64,000 bases of DNA, from positions 227,107-291,106 of the forward strand of contig JALGVJ010000001.1 in the NCBI GenBank assembly GCA_029838195.1, read 5' to 3'. Positions 59,760 through 64,000 of the stretch are shown one piece after another. Source of the DNA: Promethearchaeota archaeon (lineage in GTDB: Archaea; Asgardarchaeota; Lokiarchaeia; Sigyniarchaeales; SOKP01). Within the stretch, counting starts at the first letter, position 1, and every line of letters begins with the position of its first letter. Position numbers and translations under genes: made by a program. Below the pieces are notes generated by a model, which worked only from the letters and a program-made list of their open reading frames with translations, was not told the DNA's origin and made no database searches.

Positions 59760-60458
59760 TTATAATACTTTTCCAATTCCATGATAAATCGTGTAAGTGC
59801 TAATAAAGCAAGCGAGTGATATGAATGACCATATCATTCTAAAAGTTGGATTGTTCAAGTAGTTCGAGAGAGAAGTGCCCCCCCATACGAAATAATAAAA
59901 TCCGATTCCGATTAAAAAATAACCATATCTTTTTCGGATTAGTTTATTTTCAAAGCGAGTCCGCAATTTTAAAGAGAAATAGATTGTTGGAATGATACAT
60001 GTAAAGATGCATAGGCAGAATGCATAAAGAAAAAAGAAAAGGCTCCAAGCTGGTTTCCAATTCGTGGAATTGTCAATTCGCACCTCCCCATTTAACCCGA
60101 GGAAAAATATTCCCGAGAGAAGCACGGCGAATGAAAAAATAATGAGCACTTGCATCCCCGTATTAATGATTCTCTGGGATTTTAGAAGTAATAAGGTAAA
60201 TAATAATAAGAATACCTGTCCAAAACTCAGGAGATAATAAGTTACCAAGTGTAAGATTAGGACCAGCGGATTGATCATGAGGGGGGCGTAGATGACATTT
60301 ACGACAGTTCCGCATGCAACATTAATGAAAAACAAGGAGAATATCTTATTTTCCCTCGTAGCAGATCGATGTAAAATCAGCCATGCAATGAGAAAGTAAT
60401 AAATACCGCCTATTCCTAATTGGACAATATAAATTTGAATGATTCTTGCAAGATCCAT
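59760..60458 (-). CDS. Stand-alone 7-TM membrane protein (HisKA_7TM-like sensor domain)
   Basis: Seven hydrophobic helices with a basic loop (IRKRYGYFLIG) before TM6; no cytoplasmic output domain. Confidence 0.6.
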   Translation of the reverse strand: MDLARIIQIYIVQLGIGGIYYFLIAWLILHRSATRENKIFSLFFINVACGTVVNVIYAPLMINPLVLILHLVTYYLLSFGQVFLLLFTLLLLKSQRIINTGMQVLIIFSFAVLLSGIFFLGLNGEVRIDNSTNWKPAWSLFFFLYAFCLCIFTCIIPTIYFSLKLRTRFENKLIRKRYGYFLIGIGFYYFVWGGTSLSNYLNNPTFRMIWSFISLACFISTYTIYHGIGKVL

Positions 60459-60767
60459 CGTGTAAAAAAAAAATAGATGTTTGAATATTTATGTTTTTCT
60501 AAAACGATAACTAGTTTGCATTGTTTAAATTTTAAGGTAAATACAATTTAAGAATGACCAATTTTTATGGATTTCAATGAAGTTTCATAGTGGCGCAAAC
60601 AAAAAATTAATAATTGGATAAAACGGGGTACAAATCGTTCAAAATATAGTACTTTTACGAGAAATCAAAAATTCATGATCTCATCCGCATGAAAATAACA
60701 ATAAAATGAAAAGGTTCAGAATAATTAAAAAAAAATTTAGTTAAGTGAATTAATTCCATCTAGTTTT

Positions 60768-62624
60768 TTAGAGATAAATCACTAAGCCGGTCATTTCAAT
60801 CCAAATGGCAATGAAGGTAAATATGAATGCTCCGAGAAACACGCGGCCAGTTTTCCGATAGAAATAAACGGATAATAGAAACAATAAGGCTGCCAAGGGA
60901 ATGAACGACATGAGTTGAATTTCCATCATGGGTGACACCCATTCAATACCATTTAATATGGGACTCCCTCCAAACCACATGGGTATGTATTGAAGTAAAA
61001 TGACGATGACAAGCCCGAAGAGCATGGCATAACATGTTTTTAACCACCAAATCAAGGTCGTCTTGAGTTCGGAGCTCTCTTCTTTTTGACGGAGTTGTCC
61101 AAACAAGAAGACACCGCCATTCATTAAGCTGAATGCTAACAAGGCCCAAATGTAAAACCAAAACTTTATAAACCGCGATAATGTCGTAAATGGTTTTAAA
61201 AAAGACCAGATTCCCCGAAATTCAACGCTAAGAAGATAGTATGCCGGCAGGGTCCAAAGGTACATCCATCCAAATAAAATGAGAGCCATTATCACGGTTT
61301 TTCCAAAAATGATCCAATTAACCGGGATTTTCTGTCCTTCTGTTCCCTCAAAACCGAAACCCATATCGATTAAGGAAATGCTAGGATCTGTTTTCTTAAT
61401 AGAATTATACCATCTTCGAAATAATACAAAGGATATGATTGCATTAATGATGAACCATAGCATGAAAGCCGAAGCAATGCCTATCGTATATATGGGAGGC
61501 AAAATAAGGGGATTAGGAAACGTATTCGTGAAACCGAAAGGAACGTACGGCGTTAAAAACAAATAAGTAATTCCTCCTATAGCGGCATTAATGGTGGCGA
61601 ATGTCCACCACTTCTTTTTTTCCGTGGTAATGACTTTTTGAGGGAGAGGTTGAGCCACGCTCTCAAAAAAAGGTGTTCTTACTAATATTTTAAATATCGG
61701 AATGATGGAAAGAATGGTCGTGAGTAAGGCAATCAACCCGAATACTTCCGAACCAATCCAAATTTGGTTAGCTGGATTGGCAATTATCCACGCTTCTGCC
61801 TCAGATAGCCCCTTGAGTGCTTGGAGCATCCAGGCAACAATTTCAGAGGTGGCTTTAATGCTACATGTTAGACCGGGATGAGTAGATCTTATTAAGGCAT
61901 GTCTTCTAGCTGTACCATCCGAGAAACTTCCATATGTTTTATCAGCCTCTCCTACCGGAACGCCATAATTAGACGCAATCTGAGCATAACCTCGTTCCAA
62001 CCAAGCTTGGCGATTCTCGAGTGCACTCCTTCCAAACTCTTCTCGAATGGCCCAAAGATGAAGTAAATTATGATAATTTGGATTTGCATCATCTGCGCTC
62101 GGTGCAAACGATTGGACGGCAATTGCGTCATGATCTGGAAATGCTAAAGCGATCTCTCTTGCCCTGGTGGAGCCCATGGAATGTCCAAATATGCCCATCT
62201 TATCTGCGTTTACGAATGGCAAACTTTTAAGATATGCGTACCCATCTAAATAGGAATTGGTTGGCAAAATCATGTCCGTAATTAAGCTGCCACCCGAATC
62301 GCCATGGCCTGCTTGATCCAGAGAGAGCACGACGAATCCCGCTCGAGCCAATTCAATAGCGCCGGGACGTTCGACATCTTTATCATTATTAAACCCATGC
62401 AAACCAAGAATTCCTGGAGCTGGATTGGATGCGCTCACTCCAACAGGACGATACAACTTGCCGACTAGGCGCTCTCCATTACTACCGGTAAAATAGACAA
62501 TCTGTACATCAATAGCTCCAAAATCATTCTGAAAAGCGGAGGACATTATTGCTGAAAAATTTAGAATAAAAACGCATGCTATTAATACAAGAGCAATTTT
62601 ATCATCTTTTATTTTTTTTAACAT
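60768..62624 (-). CDS. Membrane-bound alpha/beta hydrolase with C-terminal multi-TM domain
   Basis: N-terminal TM, LHGF, DQAGHGDS, GHSMG nucleophile, then about 8-9 TM helices. Confidence 0.82.
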   Translation of the reverse strand: MLKKIKDDKIALVLIACVFILNFSAIMSSAFQNDFGAIDVQIVYFTGSNGERLVGKLYRPVGVSASNPAPGILGLHGFNNDKDVERPGAIELARAGFVVLSLDQAGHGDSGGSLITDMILPTNSYLDGYAYLKSLPFVNADKMGIFGHSMGSTRAREIALAFPDHDAIAVQSFAPSADDANPNYHNLLHLWAIREEFGRSALENRQAWLERGYAQIASNYGVPVGEADKTYGSFSDGTARRHALIRSTHPGLTCSIKATSEIVAWMLQALKGLSEAEAWIIANPANQIWIGSEVFGLIALLTTILSIIPIFKILVRTPFFESVAQPLPQKVITTEKKKWWTFATINAAIGGITYLFLTPYVPFGFTNTFPNPLILPPIYTIGIASAFMLWFIINAIISFVLFRRWYNSIKKTDPSISLIDMGFGFEGTEGQKIPVNWIIFGKTVIMALILFGWMYLWTLPAYYLLSVEFRGIWSFLKPFTTLSRFIKFWFYIWALLAFSLMNGGVFLFGQLRQKEESSELKTTLIWWLKTCYAMLFGLVIVILLQYIPMWFGGSPILNGIEWVSPMMEIQLMSFIPLAALLFLLSVYFYRKTGRVFLGAFIFTFIAIWIEMTGLVIYL

Positions 62625-62972
62625 TGGTTTTCATCTCAAGACATTTAATCTTAAATTAGGGTGATTGACATTTTGTTTTTGAAATATTTAAATATATATC
62701 TTATAATTTGTTACAAATTCTTTTTTAATTTTCCTATTTCCTCATTAGATGATTTAATTAGAAAAAGAATTTTTAACATGGGGATCCTAAATCTTATAAT
62801 GACGACTTAAATTAATGGAATCCATTTAAAAACAACACGGGAAAGGAAAATGAGTTAATTAAAAAATGCTTCATGGATGACGTTTTCTCTTTTCACGTTT
62901 TATAAAAATTTAAATAGAGAGCGACCTAACTTTCAATTAATTCAATAAGATTATAAAGTACATGACCAAGCA

Positions 62973-63857
62973 ATGGTATCAAATTTAATAGAAAAATTAG
63001 GATTTGAGCCTTCTGAAAAGGTAATAATTATTCATATTGATGATATCGCATTTTCTCATTCCTCTAATGTTGCATCTTTCGAATGCTTGGATTTTGGCGT
63101 GGCTAGTTGCGGCTCCATTATCGTTCCAGCTCCTTGGTTTAATGAAACCGTGGAAATTTATAAGAAAAATCCGAAATATGACGTTGGCGTTCATTTAACT
63201 CTCACTTGTGAATATGAACGATACAGGTGGCGAGCTCTTAGTAGCGTGGACCCTAAAAGTGGTTTATTAGCTCCGGATAGGGCTTTATGGAAAACAGCTG
63301 AAGAGGCCATTCAGAATGTACCCGTGGAAGCGGCAGAACAAGAAATGCGGGCACAAATCCAATTGGCTCTTGATAGTGGAATAGATATTACTCATATCGA
63401 TTCTCATATGGGTACTGTCATGGATCCAAAGTATCTCCCCACATACTTGAAATTAGCAAGAGAATTCGGAGTTCCTGCTTTTTTCCCGCGAGTTACAGGA
63501 GATCAATTACGAGCTATTGGCTTGGGGGATCAAGTGGATGTATATCTTAAATTATTTGAAAAACTGAGCGATATGGGCATTCCTATCCTCGATCACATGG
63601 TAATTGACACGCTCCATGCCGTTGAAAATAAAGTTAATTATTATTGTGAATTATTCAAGCAGATAAAACCAGGCGTCACACATTTGCTTTTTCATCCCGC
63701 AAAAATGACCGAAGAATTAAAAGCCATAGTTCCGGAAACGGCAGATGCAAGAAACCAAGATTACGAGGCTTTTACAAATCCTCGAATCAAGGAATGCGTG
63801 GAAGAAAATGACTTGAAGATAATTGGCTATCGGCAGATTCGAGAAATTCTTGAATGA
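62973..63857 (+). CDS. YdjC/ChbG family carbohydrate deacetylase
   Basis: IIHIDD, GVHLTL, THIDSHM, FHP motifs. Confidence 0.9.
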   Translation: MVSNLIEKLGFEPSEKVIIIHIDDIAFSHSSNVASFECLDFGVASCGSIIVPAPWFNETVEIYKKNPKYDVGVHLTLTCEYERYRWRALSSVDPKSGLLAPDRALWKTAEEAIQNVPVEAAEQEMRAQIQLALDSGIDITHIDSHMGTVMDPKYLPTYLKLAREFGVPAFFPRVTGDQLRAIGLGDQVDVYLKLFEKLSDMGIPILDHMVIDTLHAVENKVNYYCELFKQIKPGVTHLLFHPAKMTEELKAIVPETADARNQDYEAFTNPRIKECVEENDLKIIGYRQIREILE

Positions 63858-63916
63858 GGTTTTCATAATTTAAATTTTTTTTTTTTTATGAGGTAGCAAA
63901 TTAATCTCACCTCCGA

Positions 63917-64000
63917 CTAAATTGCGGCCCCGCCTTTTTTTGCTTTTTGTCGAACATGCTTATTCACATCCACGTCAAATTCCCTGTATTGCTTGCTTCT
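63917..64000 (-). CDS. C-terminal fragment of a gene running off the window end
   Basis: Minus frame reads ...RSKQYREFDVDVNKHVRQKAKKGGAAI*; too short to assign. Confidence 0.35.
   Translation of the reverse strand, partial: RSKQYREFDVDVNKHVRQKAKKGGAAI

Noticed and set aside
59038-60656. 12-bp direct repeat TATAGTACTTTT flanking the csp and 7TM genes
   Set aside because: Short and AT-rich; plausible by chance in 64 kb.
920-63194. Many short ORFs antisense to or overlapping well-supported genes (e.g. 920..1204, 25600..26022, 35405..35617, 37436..37774, 43069..43443, 47120..47512)
   Set aside because: Shadow frames of genuine genes with no independent motifs.
1-64000. CRISPR arrays, rRNA genes, IS elements
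   Set aside because: No regularly spaced repeats, no GC-rich rRNA-like tract, and no transposase or integrase motifs were found.

Overview
AT-rich (roughly one-third GC by eye) archaeal chromosome segment with no rRNA, CRISPR array or recognisable transposase/integrase. The gene content points to an Asgard archaeon, most likely Lokiarchaeia: a Roadblock-fused and a stand-alone Rab-like GTPase, three longin-fold domains, a RING-H2/TPR protein, an archaeal histone, an Sm/Lsm protein and a BHB-intron tRNA-Arg(CCT). Metabolic genes include a 12-gene cobamide uptake/salvage locus (btuFCD, cobD, cbiP, cbiB, cobS, cobY, cbiZ, cobC, cobT and a Cys-rich protein), tungsten AOR, IorAB, an atypical CooS, LpdA, glycerate 2-kinase, acetoacetate-CoA ligase and LeuB. 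The three strongest candidates for something undescribed are: (1) two abutting 7TM-longin genes whose stop codon overlaps that of a Rab-like GTPase, a possible membrane receptor/longin-GEF/GTPase module; (2) an adaptin mu-homology-like protein next to a cytoplasmic FG-GAP beta-propeller and a free longin, a possible proto-adaptor or coat cluster; (3) a synonymously recoded second copy of the Sm gene 3' end 184 bp downstream, with a structured insert between the copies. All family assignments come from motif recognition by eye; no database searches were run.
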